From Gemmatimonadota bacterium (GTDB taxonomy: Bacteria > Gemmatimonadota > Gemmatimonadetes > Palauibacterales > KS3-K002), in contig JBDHJS010000050.1 in the NCBI GenBank assembly GCA_039586795.1, positions 1-24,649 on the forward strand: 24,649 bases of DNA, given 5' to 3'. Made by a program: the position numbers and the translations under genes. The notes beneath the pieces were generated by a model. It was given only the letters and a program-made list of their open reading frames with translations, searched no databases and was not told where the DNA came from. Numbering within the stretch: position 1 is the stretch's first letter; every line of letters begins with the position of its first letter. Positions 1 to 9,197 of this stretch are shown here, piece after piece.

Positions 1-1698
1 GAGGCGACGAGCTTGCGCGTCGCCGAGGCAACCCAGGCCCGCTATGCGCTCATAGGTTCCGCCGTCGGCATCGGGCCTAGCGTTCGGTTGACCGCCGACG
101 TTTATGACGTGGCCACCGGCGACCGGCTGGGACAGGCCCGGGTGGAAGGTTCTCCCGACAGCGTGCTGGCACTGGTCGATCAGCTTTCTATCAGTGTCAT
201 CGGTACTATCGTGCGTAGCGGTGAAGGCGAACTGCCGTCGGTGAACCTCGCCAGCATCACCACGACATCGGTTCCGGCGCTCAAGGCGTACCTCGAGGGG
301 GAGGCGGCGTTCCGGAATGCGAACTTCGATGCCGCTGCCGAAGCTCTGGAGCGCGCGGTGGAGGCCGACTCGACGTTTGGGCTGGCGTACTATCGGTTGG
401 CGAACACATATGGGTGGAAGTACACGACGTTTCATCCGCTCACCAACCAGAACCGTGAACGCGCCTACGCCTATGCGGATCGCCTTCCCGAGCGCCAGGC
501 TCAAATGATCCGCATCGACGCCGCTAGGAATCGTCTCGAGGGCCTGAGGCTGGCCCGCGATGCCGTGCAACGCTACCCGGATGATCCGGAAGCCTGGTAC
601 GAGTTGGGTGAGCTGTACATTCATGGCGGCCTCGACGCGCCCAGTTGGGAGCAGACCGACGAAGCCTTCTCCCGCGCCGTCGAGCTCGATCCCGGCTTCG
701 CCCCCTACCGCATTCACCTCATCGATCTGGCGATGGCCGTCTACGACAGCGCCCTGCTCGCGGACCGCATCGCGGCGTATGAAGTGTTGGTTACGGGTAC
801 CAACCGACAGATCCTCCGCGGCCGCCTGGGGATAGCACTGGTCTATGGCGACTCGGCGAGTCGCGCTTGGGCGTACTCGGTCATCGATACGATGGAAAGC
901 CAGGAGATTGGCATAGCGATCGGTACGGTCGTATCTGTGGATGCCCGCGCTTGGCGGTTCGAGGACGCGTTGCTCGGCGAGTTGGCTGAGCGCGATGTGC
1001 TGCGCCCTTGGTCGGCTGCACGCTACATACAGAATAGCCTGAACCGCGGCCGGTTCAACGAGCACCTCGAGCGAATTGGTGTACCCGGTGCTCCTGCGGC
1101 CGCCCAGACCTGTTTTCTAGCTCGCGCAGACCGCAACGGGCTTCCCATCGATAGGGATCGCATCGAGGCCGCTGTGGCCGTCGCCGCCATCGACAGTACG
1201 TTACTGTTCGCCAATTTCTGCGGTGCCTGGTACGCGGCGGCAGCCGAGCGCTGGGCGGACCACGAGGCGCTGCTCGGGCGCATCGAACGTCTGGCGGACC
1301 AGGCGCTGGCCGAAGGTGACACATCGGATGCCGTGGGAGCCCGAGAACTCGCCGACGTGGCCCGCGGCTACGCCCAAATCCTGCGAGGTGAACCGGGAGG
1401 ACTGGCGCTTGTCGAACGCTTGCGCGTCGCCCAGCGTGACTCCTGGGCCCAGGAGATCGGCGATGCCTACGTCGCCGCCGATAGCCTGAGGGATGCGGTT
1501 CACTATTACCGTGGCGAGTGGGTCGATCCGCTCGTTCGCCTGAAGCTGGCCCGGGTCTACGAGCGCCTGGGTGAGACCGATAAGGCTCGCGACGCCTACA
1601 TGTATTTCGTGCAGGCCTGGACCGACGCCGACCCCGAACTCCAACCGATGGTCGAGGACGCCCGCCAGGCCATCGTGCGTCTGCGCGGCGACTTCTGA
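1..1698 (+). CDS. 5'-truncated TolB-N-like (adenylate cyclase/kinase-associated) domain plus TPR-repeat receptor protein; N-terminus lies outside the window
   Basis: Frame 1 is open from base 1 (GAG GCG ACG AGC TTG...) to TGA at 1696-1698. Motifs: VRLTADVYDVATG (TolB-N-like), TTTSVPALKAYLEGE...RAVEADSTFGLAYYRLA (TPR start), YPDDPEAWYELGELY, AVELDPGFAP, C-terminal AWTDADPELQPMVEDARQAIVRL. Clear paralog of 5430-7793. Confidence 0.85.
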   Translation, partial: EATSLRVAEATQARYALIGSAVGIGPSVRLTADVYDVATGDRLGQARVEGSPDSVLALVDQLSISVIGTIVRSGEGELPSVNLASITTTSVPALKAYLEGEAAFRNANFDAAAEALERAVEADSTFGLAYYRLANTYGWKYTTFHPLTNQNRERAYAYADRLPERQAQMIRIDAARNRLEGLRLARDAVQRYPDDPEAWYELGELYIHGGLDAPSWEQTDEAFSRAVELDPGFAPYRIHLIDLAMAVYDSALLADRIAAYEVLVTGTNRQILRGRLGIALVYGDSASRAWAYSVIDTMESQEIGIAIGTVVSVDARAWRFEDALLGELAERDVLRPWSAARYIQNSLNRGRFNEHLERIGVPGAPAAAQTCFLARADRNGLPIDRDRIEAAVAVAAIDSTLLFANFCGAWYAAAAERWADHEALLGRIERLADQALAEGDTSDAVGARELADVARGYAQILRGEPGGLALVERLRVAQRDSWAQEIGDAYVAADSLRDAVHYYRGEWVDPLVRLKLARVYERLGETDKARDAYMYFVQAWTDADPELQPMVEDARQAIVRLRGDF

Positions 1699-1713
1699 TG
1701 TGACCCTACTAAT

Positions 1714-4389
1714 ATGACAGAAATCTTAGATCGCCTTACGTCTGCCCTGGCAGACAGCTACGCCATCGAGCGCGAACTCGGCGCCGGCGGCATGGCCACC
1801 GTCTACCTCGCCCACGACATCAAGCACGATCGCAAGGTCGCGCTGAAGGTCCTGCGGCCCGAGCTCTCCGCCATCCTGGGCGGCGAGCGTTTCCTGAACG
1901 AGATCAAGGTCACAGCCAATCTCCAGCACCCGAACATCTTGCCGCTTTACGATTCCGGCGAAGCCGACACGTTCCTCTACTACGTGATGCCGTACGTCGA
2001 GGGCGATACGCTACGCGACAAGCTCGACCGCGAGAAGCAGCTTGGCGTCGACGAGGCGGTGAAAATCGCCGAGTCGGTCGCTTCGGCGCTGCAGTACGCC
2101 CACGAGCGCGGTGTTGTGCATCGTGACATCAAGCCGGAGAACATTCTGCTGCAGTCCGGCCAGGCACTCGTAGCCGACTTCGGCATCGCCCTGGCGGTGA
2201 GCCAGGCCGGTGGCTCGCGACTGACGGAGACCGGCCTCAGCCTCGGCACGCCCCACTACATGAGCCCGGAACAGGCCACGGGCGATCGTGACATCGATGC
2301 CCGGAGCGACATCTACTCGCTGGGCGCCATGGTCTACGAGATGCTGGTGGGCGATCCGCCGCACACCGGCTCCAACCTGCAGGCGATCATCGCGAAGATC
2401 CTCTCCGACGAGCCATCGCCGGTGACCCGCAGCCGCAAGACGGTGCCGCCCAACGTCGAGGCGGCGGTCTCCAAGGCGCTGGCCAAGGTGGCGGCCGATC
2501 GTTTTGGCACCGCCTCGGAGTTTTCCGGGGCGTTGACCAACCCGAACTTCACGACCCCCACGGTTCGGGTGACGGCTCCGGCGTCGGCGCCGCAACGGGA
2601 GCGGCGCGGTTTTCCGACGTGGCTGACCGCCGCCGTCGGCTTCCTTCTGGTTGTCTTGATCGGGTCCTCGCTTTGGGGTTGGCTGCGACCCACGCCCAAG
2701 ACGATTCTGCGCCTCGGCCTCGCCTTCCCCGAGGAAGAGATGCTCCAGCGGGCGCGAACGAAACGGTTCGCCATCGCGCCGGATGGATCACGGCTCGTCT
2801 ACGTCGGACCGCCCACCCAGGACGCGGCCGCCGCACAACTCTGGCTGCGGCACTTCGACGAACTGCACGCCCGGCCGCTGCCCGGCACAGAGGGCGCCCG
2901 GGCGCCGGTCTTTTCGCCAGACGGTCGGAATATCGCGTTCATCACCGGTGAGCCGGGCGACCTCAAAGTGATGCCGGCCGAAGGCGGTCCCTTACAGACC
3001 GCGGCAACCGATTCCGTGAATCCTTGGGGTGTCGATTGGGGGCCGGATGGGCTGTTGTACTTCTCTGTGGCTAACGGGCGGCTCGTGCGGGTGCGCCCCG
3101 GCGGTGGGCCGCTTGAGGCGGTCAGTGAGCCTGACACGACGCGGGGAGAGAGCGAACACGAGTGGCCTTACATCCTGCCAGGTGGCAAGGGGGCGCTGAT
3201 CCAGATCTGGCATGGCTCGACGGCCGACGCCGAAATCGGCATCCTCGACCTCCAGACCGGCGAGATGCGATCACGGATTGACGGAGTGGTGGCCCAGTAC
3301 CTGCCCACCGGACATCTGCTTTACACCACCTATGACGGATCGTTGATCGCCTTACCCTTTGACGAAGGCCGCCTCGAGGTCACCGGGCCGCCGACCGTGG
3401 TCGAGGAAGGTGTGGGGATCGATAGCTACGCCGGCGTTGGGCAGTTCGATATTTCCGACAACGGCCACATCGTGTTCCAATCCGGCGGTGGCCTCGGCGA
3501 CGAGCAGGTGGTTCGCGTCGATCGCCAGGGAAACGCGACACCGGTCGACCCCAATTGGCAGGGCGACTTCGAGAATCTCGTGCTCTCTCCCGATGGTACC
3601 CGCCTCGCTGTCGCGTTGACCAGCAGCGAGGGAACCCACATCTGGGTGAAGCAGTTGGATACCGGTCCGCTGGTTCGCCTGACGTTCGAGGGGACATCGA
3701 ACAACCGGCCGGCCTGGAGCCACGATGGCCGCTCGGTCACCTTCATCACCAACCGCGACAATCGCCGTTCGCTGTGGACCGTTCGGGCCGACGGCAGCGC
3801 GCGCGCTGGACTCCTGCTGGCTGAAGGCACGGTGAACGAGGGCGCCTGGTCGCGCGACGGTACCTGGATCGTCTTCCGTCAGGGGGCAACGGGTACCCGC
3901 ACCCGCGACATCCGGGCGATTCGCCCGGCCCAGGACTCCGCCTCCCGACTCATCGTCGGTGCCGTCTTCGACGAGTACGGGCCCGCTCTGTCGCCCGATT
4001 CGCGCTGGATCGCTTACGTGTCGAATGAGTCCGGTCGTGAAGAGGTCTATGTCCGACCGTTCCCCGATGCCGACCGGGCCAAGTGGCAGGTCTCGGTGAA
4101 CGGCGGCGCAGAACCGCGCTGGGCCCACAGCGGCCGGGAACTGTTCTATCGCACGCCCCGCGGCGAGTTGGTCGTCCGCGCCGTCGGCGGCAGTGAGGCG
4201 TTCGAGATGGAGCCGCCAGAGATCCTGTTCGACGCGTCGGCGTACGCCGGCGACAACTATCACGCCGTTTACGACCTCACGCCGGACGACAGCATGTTCG
4301 TGATGATCGGTAGCAACGAGGCGATAAGAGAAGACCTGATCCTAGTCTACAACTGGATCGAGGAACTGAAGGCAAAAGTGGAGCGATGA
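1714..4389 (+). CDS. Hanks-type Ser/Thr protein kinase with one TM helix and a C-terminal PD40/TolB-like beta-propeller sensor
   Basis: All kinase motifs present: LGAGGMATVY, VALKVL, HRDIKPEN, DFG, GTPHYMSPEQ, DIYSLG. TM segment WLTAAVGFLLVVLIGSSLWGWL. PD40-like repeats IAPDGSRLVY, FSPDGRNIAF, LSPDGTRLAV, WSHDGRSVTF, WSRDGTWIVF, LSPDSRWIAY. Confidence 0.95.
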   Translation: MTEILDRLTSALADSYAIERELGAGGMATVYLAHDIKHDRKVALKVLRPELSAILGGERFLNEIKVTANLQHPNILPLYDSGEADTFLYYVMPYVEGDTLRDKLDREKQLGVDEAVKIAESVASALQYAHERGVVHRDIKPENILLQSGQALVADFGIALAVSQAGGSRLTETGLSLGTPHYMSPEQATGDRDIDARSDIYSLGAMVYEMLVGDPPHTGSNLQAIIAKILSDEPSPVTRSRKTVPPNVEAAVSKALAKVAADRFGTASEFSGALTNPNFTTPTVRVTAPASAPQRERRGFPTWLTAAVGFLLVVLIGSSLWGWLRPTPKTILRLGLAFPEEEMLQRARTKRFAIAPDGSRLVYVGPPTQDAAAAQLWLRHFDELHARPLPGTEGARAPVFSPDGRNIAFITGEPGDLKVMPAEGGPLQTAATDSVNPWGVDWGPDGLLYFSVANGRLVRVRPGGGPLEAVSEPDTTRGESEHEWPYILPGGKGALIQIWHGSTADAEIGILDLQTGEMRSRIDGVVAQYLPTGHLLYTTYDGSLIALPFDEGRLEVTGPPTVVEEGVGIDSYAGVGQFDISDNGHIVFQSGGGLGDEQVVRVDRQGNATPVDPNWQGDFENLVLSPDGTRLAVALTSSEGTHIWVKQLDTGPLVRLTFEGTSNNRPAWSHDGRSVTFITNRDNRRSLWTVRADGSARAGLLLAEGTVNEGAWSRDGTWIVFRQGATGTRTRDIRAIRPAQDSASRLIVGAVFDEYGPALSPDSRWIAYVSNESGREEVYVRPFPDADRAKWQVSVNGGAEPRWAHSGRELFYRTPRGELVVRAVGGSEAFEMEPPEILFDASAYAGDNYHAVYDLTPDDSMFVMIGSNEAIREDLILVYNWIEELKAKVER

Positions 4390-4662
4390 CGCGACCCGCC
4401 ATCGGCGACAAAACAAGCTCTCCTCGTTCACCCAGGCGGAACGCCTGCTTCCCAGCCGGGTACATGCGGTAGGACTCGGAACCGGGTCCCGGTCTGCCGC
4501 AGGGCAATCCCTTGGCCGGCCAATACTTACGTCGCCACCCCCAGACGACGCCTCTGATGCCCTCCGGGGCCGAGGCGAACGAAGGACCGTTCCTCCCCGC
4601 CGCGGGCCTTCCGATTCCAGTCGATACAAGAAGACGTCAGTGATTCGGACGGAGGACAAGCC

Positions 4663-4670
4663 GAGGAGGT
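4663..4670 (+). promoter_or_regulatory. Shine-Dalgarno site of the zinc-ribbon gene
   Basis: GAGGAGGT at 4663-4670, 6 nt upstream of ATG 4677. Confidence 0.75.
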
Positions 4671-4676
4671 TGATTG

Positions 4677-5264
4677 ATGGCTGAGAAAGGGAAACATGTG
4701 GACTGTCCGGTGTGCGACGGCGAGCAGATGCAGAAAATCTGTCCGTCCGAGGAGCTCGAACTGTTCCTCGACTACTGTGACCGGTGCGGCGGCATGTGGT
4801 TCGAGAGCGGGGAGGTTCGGAAGCTGCGCTACTGTCCTCCGGAGGTCCTCAGCGGACTGATCTCGATGAAGAAGCAGCTGTACGCGGTGCCCTGCAGCGA
4901 TTGCGATCAGCCGATGACCCGCAACGCCGCGGAGTGCAGCCGGTGCGGCCGTGAGAATACGATCGATTGTCCCGGCTGCGGATCACCGCTCGAGCGCGTG
5001 CGGGGCGAGCAGTTCACCGTCGACGTTTGCCGTGACTGCCGTGGCGCCTGGTTTGACAACATCGATCTTTCCGCGGTCTGGAACCTCCAGTTCCAGGAGG
5101 GCACGGACGGCTCGTCGGGGAAAGAGGAGTTCACCGAAGACACGGTACTAGCGGTCCTGCGCTCCGACAAAGAGGCGCAGCAGGAGAACAACGGCGGTGG
5201 TGACCGCAACGTGTTCGCGACGATCGCGGGGATAGTCGGCGGGATCTTTCCGGGCTCCGACTAG
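4677..5264 (+). CDS. Zinc-ribbon protein with two zf-TFIIB-like domains flanking a central ribbon
   Basis: Six CxxC motifs (CPVC, CDRC, CSDC, CSRC, CPGC, CRDC). Two copies of the zf-TFIIB-like pattern: DYCDRCGGMWFESGE and DVCRDCRGAWFDNIDL. The strong SD favours ATG 4677 over TTG 4674. Confidence 0.85.
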   Translation: MAEKGKHVDCPVCDGEQMQKICPSEELELFLDYCDRCGGMWFESGEVRKLRYCPPEVLSGLISMKKQLYAVPCSDCDQPMTRNAAECSRCGRENTIDCPGCGSPLERVRGEQFTVDVCRDCRGAWFDNIDLSAVWNLQFQEGTDGSSGKEEFTEDTVLAVLRSDKEAQQENNGGGDRNVFATIAGIVGGIFPGSD

Positions 5265-5315
5265 CGGCCAGCGCTAGGAGACAAGCGAAGCCCAATACAG
5301 ACCATCGCAGCGGGG

Positions 5316-5348
5316 AAGCCCTGTCGGGTCACGGCAGGGCTTTTCTTC
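5316..5348 (+). terminator. Rho-independent terminator downstream of the zinc-ribbon gene
   Basis: 11-bp stem AAGCCCTGTCG (5316-5326) / CGGCAGGGCTT (5332-5342) with one G-U pair, loop GGTCA, running into TTTTCTTC. Confidence 0.8.
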
Positions 5349-5429
5349 GTGGCGTGACGAACGCCCCCTCCCGAAGTAGGTTTCTGCGCTGGCAGACGCT
5401 CAACCGTCACCCCTTGGTCGGGAGTCCTG

Positions 5430-7793
5430 ATGTCACGCCTCAAGCAAGTCCTTTCGGTCATACACCGGCGAACCGTGTGGCAGGTTCTGCTGGTCTATAT
5501 CGGCGTCTCATGGGGCCTTCTCGAGGCCACGGGCCTGTTCATCGAGCGGTTCGGCCTGCCGGCCTGGGCCTTCCCCGCGGCGGTGCTGCTCCTCGCCATC
5601 GGCCTGGTCATCCTGCTCGCTACCGCCTGGATGCAAGTCCAGCCCGAGGCGCAGTCGCCGGACGCGCCGACGCCGTGGGAAGTCGACATCGTGAATCTCA
5701 AGGAGTCGGTGACGGGCGGCCGCTTGCCCCATCTGACCTGGGCGCGGGCGATCCTCGGCGGCGTGTTCGCCTTCTCGCTGCTCTTCGGGTTCGCGGGGCT
5801 CTACGTCCTGTTGAGCGGACCGCCACGCGCGGTAACGGCGAACGTCGCCGGCGACGCCGAAGCGGCGCCCGGCATTGCCGTGCTGCCGTTCAGCGTGGTG
5901 GGTAACCCCGAGCTCGAGCTGTGGCGCGAAGGGATGGTCACGCTGCTCTCCCGGAACCTCGACGGCGCGGCGGGCCTGCGGACCATAGACCCCCGCGGGC
6001 TGATGAGCCGCTGGAACGCCGATATCGGAGAGGGCCGCGACGCGCCCGACCGCGAGGCGGCGCTCGCCGTGGCGCGTCACACGGGTGCCAGCTACGCCAT
6101 CATGGGTGACGCCGTCGACTTGGGCGGCGGCGTGCGCGTGAGCAGCGAGGTTTACGACCTGGCTTCCGGGGATCTGCTGGGCCGCGTGCAGGTGGAGGGC
6201 ACGACCGACAGCGTCCTCGCGCTCGTCGACCAGCTGAGCATCCAGCTGCTGAGCAGCGGCCTGGTGCGAGAAGGAGCCGAACTCCCGACGCTGAATGTCG
6301 CAGCGGTGACCACGACCTCGCTCGAGGCGCTCAAGTTCTATCTGCAGGGCGAGCAACAGATGCGCCGCGGCGACTGGCCGGGAGCCGCGGACGACTTCCT
6401 CCAAGCCGTCGAGATCGACTCGACATTTGCCCTGGCGGATTACCAGCTTTCATTGGCGCTGGGTTGGTCGGAGGCGTTCTCGGAGCGCGTGCTCGAACAC
6501 AGCCGCCGCGCGGCTCGACATAGCGAGAGCCTTCCCGAACGGATCGTACTTCGTATTCAAGGCAACGCTGAGATGGATGCGCAGCTACCCGATGCCATCC
6601 GCACGCTGGAGGTGCTGACCCAGCGCTACCCGGACGACGTTGAAGCGTGGTATCGGTTGGGCGAAGCCTACGCCCACTTGGGCGCCCGTGCCCTGACCCA
6701 TCCGTCAAAGATTGTCGAGGCTCTGAACCGGACGGTCGAGTTGGATCCGGGCTACGCTTCAGCATACATCCACCTCATCGACCTGGCGTTCTTCTACCAG
6801 GACACCGCCGAAGCGCGGCGACTGGTCGAGCGCTATCGAGAGGTGGGTCGGGATGACCCGCGCAGTACCGCCTACTCCGTCGTATATGACTACCTGTGGG
6901 CCGATAGCGCGGGCCGGGAACGTGCGCGGGCAGCATTGCCTGCGATCGACGGCGAAGTGCTGAGTGACGTGCTCAACCAATCTCTGGAGTACGTGCACGA
7001 TCTCTACGACTCGACCGCAGAACTGGCCGGCTCCCTCCTCGTGGAGGATCGCTCGTCCAGCGAACGCGCCCTCGGATACAACTCCCTCGGCTATATCAGT
7101 GCCGGCCGTGGCCGCCTCGATGAGTCGGTACGAGCATTCGCGCAGGAGGCCGTTCTGCGGGGTAACCGGGGCGAAGTGGCGGCTGCTTTGCGCGACCTCG
7201 ACTTCTACAGTCTCGACATGAGGGACGTGGAAGCAGCTCGAAGTGCCGCCGAGCTCCTGCGGCAGGACCCCAGTCGTCTCGCACGCTTTCGTCTCGGCGT
7301 ACTGGCCGCGAACGAAGGTGACTACGAAGACGTCGAGTACCAGATTGCGGCGCTTGACTCCATCGCCGATCGTCAGGATGCTGCCGGCAGCTCGTTTGGG
7401 GCGGCCAATTCCCGGTCGCTGGCGCAGGCGCTTCGTTGCTATGCTGCGTTGCGTGCCGGCGACCTGGAGTCGGCACTGGCCGAATTCGAGAAGCCGATGC
7501 CACGCCTTCCCGACAGCGCGCACCGGGTACTGCGCTATGCGCTCGGCAAGCTGTACCTGGAACGCGGCGATCTTGCTCAAGCGGAGCGGTACTTCTCCAG
7601 CTTTTACTATTCGGTGGCTCAGGCTCCCGCCGAGTATCTCTTGGGCGAGATCTACGAGCGTATGGGCGATGAAGAGCGTGCCCGCATTCACTACGCGCAC
7701 TTCGTGCGCTGGTGGGAAGACTGCGATCCGGCGCTCCGTCCATGGTGGGAACGCGGGCGCCAGGCGTTGGAGCGTTTGACCGGCGAAGTCTGA
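5430..7793 (+). CDS. Membrane-anchored (about 3 TM) TolB-N-like plus TPR-repeat protein with no catalytic domain
   Basis: GGGAG SD at 5420-5424. N-terminal module IHRRTVWQVLLVYIGVSW...GLPAW...LAIGLVILLATAW and a third hydrophobic helix AILGGVFAFSLLFGFAGLYVLL. TolB-N-like IAVLPFSV. TPRs AVEIDSTFALA, YPDDVEAWYRLGEAY, VELDPGYASA. C-terminal WWEDCDPALRPW. Confidence 0.9.
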   Translation: MSRLKQVLSVIHRRTVWQVLLVYIGVSWGLLEATGLFIERFGLPAWAFPAAVLLLAIGLVILLATAWMQVQPEAQSPDAPTPWEVDIVNLKESVTGGRLPHLTWARAILGGVFAFSLLFGFAGLYVLLSGPPRAVTANVAGDAEAAPGIAVLPFSVVGNPELELWREGMVTLLSRNLDGAAGLRTIDPRGLMSRWNADIGEGRDAPDREAALAVARHTGASYAIMGDAVDLGGGVRVSSEVYDLASGDLLGRVQVEGTTDSVLALVDQLSIQLLSSGLVREGAELPTLNVAAVTTTSLEALKFYLQGEQQMRRGDWPGAADDFLQAVEIDSTFALADYQLSLALGWSEAFSERVLEHSRRAARHSESLPERIVLRIQGNAEMDAQLPDAIRTLEVLTQRYPDDVEAWYRLGEAYAHLGARALTHPSKIVEALNRTVELDPGYASAYIHLIDLAFFYQDTAEARRLVERYREVGRDDPRSTAYSVVYDYLWADSAGRERARAALPAIDGEVLSDVLNQSLEYVHDLYDSTAELAGSLLVEDRSSSERALGYNSLGYISAGRGRLDESVRAFAQEAVLRGNRGEVAAALRDLDFYSLDMRDVEAARSAAELLRQDPSRLARFRLGVLAANEGDYEDVEYQIAALDSIADRQDAAGSSFGAANSRSLAQALRCYAALRAGDLESALAEFEKPMPRLPDSAHRVLRYALGKLYLERGDLAQAERYFSSFYYSVAQAPAEYLLGEIYERMGDEERARIHYAHFVRWWEDCDPALRPWWERGRQALERLTGEV

Positions 7794-7840
7794 GTCCGGC
7801 TGCCCTGAGCCTTAAAGGATGGAGATCGCTGGGCCTGAAG

Positions 7841-9109
7841 TCAGTCTTGCTTGATCACTAGCTTGGCGATGTACTGCTCCTCGAACTCGCCTCGAAAGAC
7901 GCCCCAGGCGGTGTCGGCCTTTATGAACAGCGGGCTGGCGCGCAGCGGGAAGCGGACCTCCCCCAGGTACGTGCCGTCCAGCTCGAACACATCGTAGACG
8001 CGCCGTTCCCTCCAGTTCACCGGCGGCGGCCCGCTCGACTCCTCGGCTGCTTCTTCTTCATCATCTTCTTCCTTGTAGCCTTCAGCGCGTCGCCGCACCC
8101 AGATGCGGCCGTCCTGAGCGAAGAGGAAATCCGCATATGGCGGCTTGTTATCGGGGATTGCCGAGATGTTCGCGAATGGCTGGTTCTCCTTAAACCAGTC
8201 GACGACGGCCTGCCAATCTGATTTCTCCTCGGGGAGCAGTCGCACCGGCTCGTAATCCCGCTGCACCCGTACCACCGGTCCCTCCGGCGAGCGAATGTTG
8301 AACTCGTATTCGTCGTTCATGCCCACGATCAGATGACCCAGTGCAGTCATTCCCATCACTTTGGTTGGACCGAAGGGGCGGAAGGTAGACGCGCTCGGTT
8401 CGTTGGAGAAACGCGGCGGCATGAGCGTGTCGATGACCTCGCCTTCCGGGCTCATGTGCAGCCAGCCGGTTGGCAGCGGCTCGTCCGATGCAAACGTGCC
8501 GGTCAGGACCTGCACATACGTGTCTCCATTCGTACCCACCATCAACCCCTGGCCTCCGAAGAAGCCTCCCTGGACGGGCCAGGAGGTGAAGAAAGTTCCG
8601 TCAGGGTTGTACACGCTGATGCGCGTGTTCTGGGGATCCAACAGCACGATTCTCCCATCGCCACGAATCGCCAGACCAGCGCCGAACCGCTGATATTCGC
8701 CGGGACCTGCTCCCTCCCGGCCCAGCGTCTTCACGTAGCTGCCGGTGGCATCGAAGTAGCGCAGCGCCGGCACTTGACCATCGAATGCATAGATGCCGCC
8801 CTCCTCGTCCACGGCCATCTGACTCAGCGAGCCGAACATGAGTTCTTCGTCACCGTCCAGCACACCGATGGTCTGTACGAGCTCCATGTCACGGGGCTCG
8901 CCCCAAACGCTTCCGGAGATCGTGTGGACGATCACCGTATCGCCCACTGTATCCTGCTCCGCCACCCATTCCAGTCGACCGCGGCCGCTCTCGCCACCGC
9001 AACCGATTGCGGCGATGACGACGGCGAGCAGGAGGGTTAGGACAACGGCCGGCGTGCGGGGGACACAGCACGCGTTGACGCCGTTATCTCTACAGTTCGT
9101 AATAAGCAT
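7841..9109 (-). CDS. Putative lipoprotein with a 6-bladed (NHL-like) beta-propeller
   Basis: Hydrophobic signal ending in lipobox-like IAAIGC. Propeller motifs TIGVLDGDEELMFG, YFDATGSYVKTLGREGAGPGEY, DGRIVLLD...RISVYNPDG, DGRIWV, YDVFELDGTYLGEV. Exact start codon uncertain. Confidence 0.85.
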   Translation of the reverse strand: MLITNCRDNGVNACCVPRTPAVVLTLLLAVVIAAIGCGGESGRGRLEWVAEQDTVGDTVIVHTISGSVWGEPRDMELVQTIGVLDGDEELMFGSLSQMAVDEEGGIYAFDGQVPALRYFDATGSYVKTLGREGAGPGEYQRFGAGLAIRGDGRIVLLDPQNTRISVYNPDGTFFTSWPVQGGFFGGQGLMVGTNGDTYVQVLTGTFASDEPLPTGWLHMSPEGEVIDTLMPPRFSNEPSASTFRPFGPTKVMGMTALGHLIVGMNDEYEFNIRSPEGPVVRVQRDYEPVRLLPEEKSDWQAVVDWFKENQPFANISAIPDNKPPYADFLFAQDGRIWVRRRAEGYKEEDDEEEAAEESSGPPPVNWRERRVYDVFELDGTYLGEVRFPLRASPLFIKADTAWGVFRGEFEEQYIAKLVIKQD

Positions 9110-9197
9110 TTCCAGCGCACCCTTCGCGGCCTTAGACGCTGAGCAACCGTGATGTCGATAGAGGCGAATTCTAATACGGACCTGCGGTCGATGATAT

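Noticed and set aside
8038..8075. Low-complexity TTC/TCA tract
   Set aside because: It simply encodes an acidic loop (KEEDDEEEAAEES) in the beta-propeller lipoprotein; not a repeat element.
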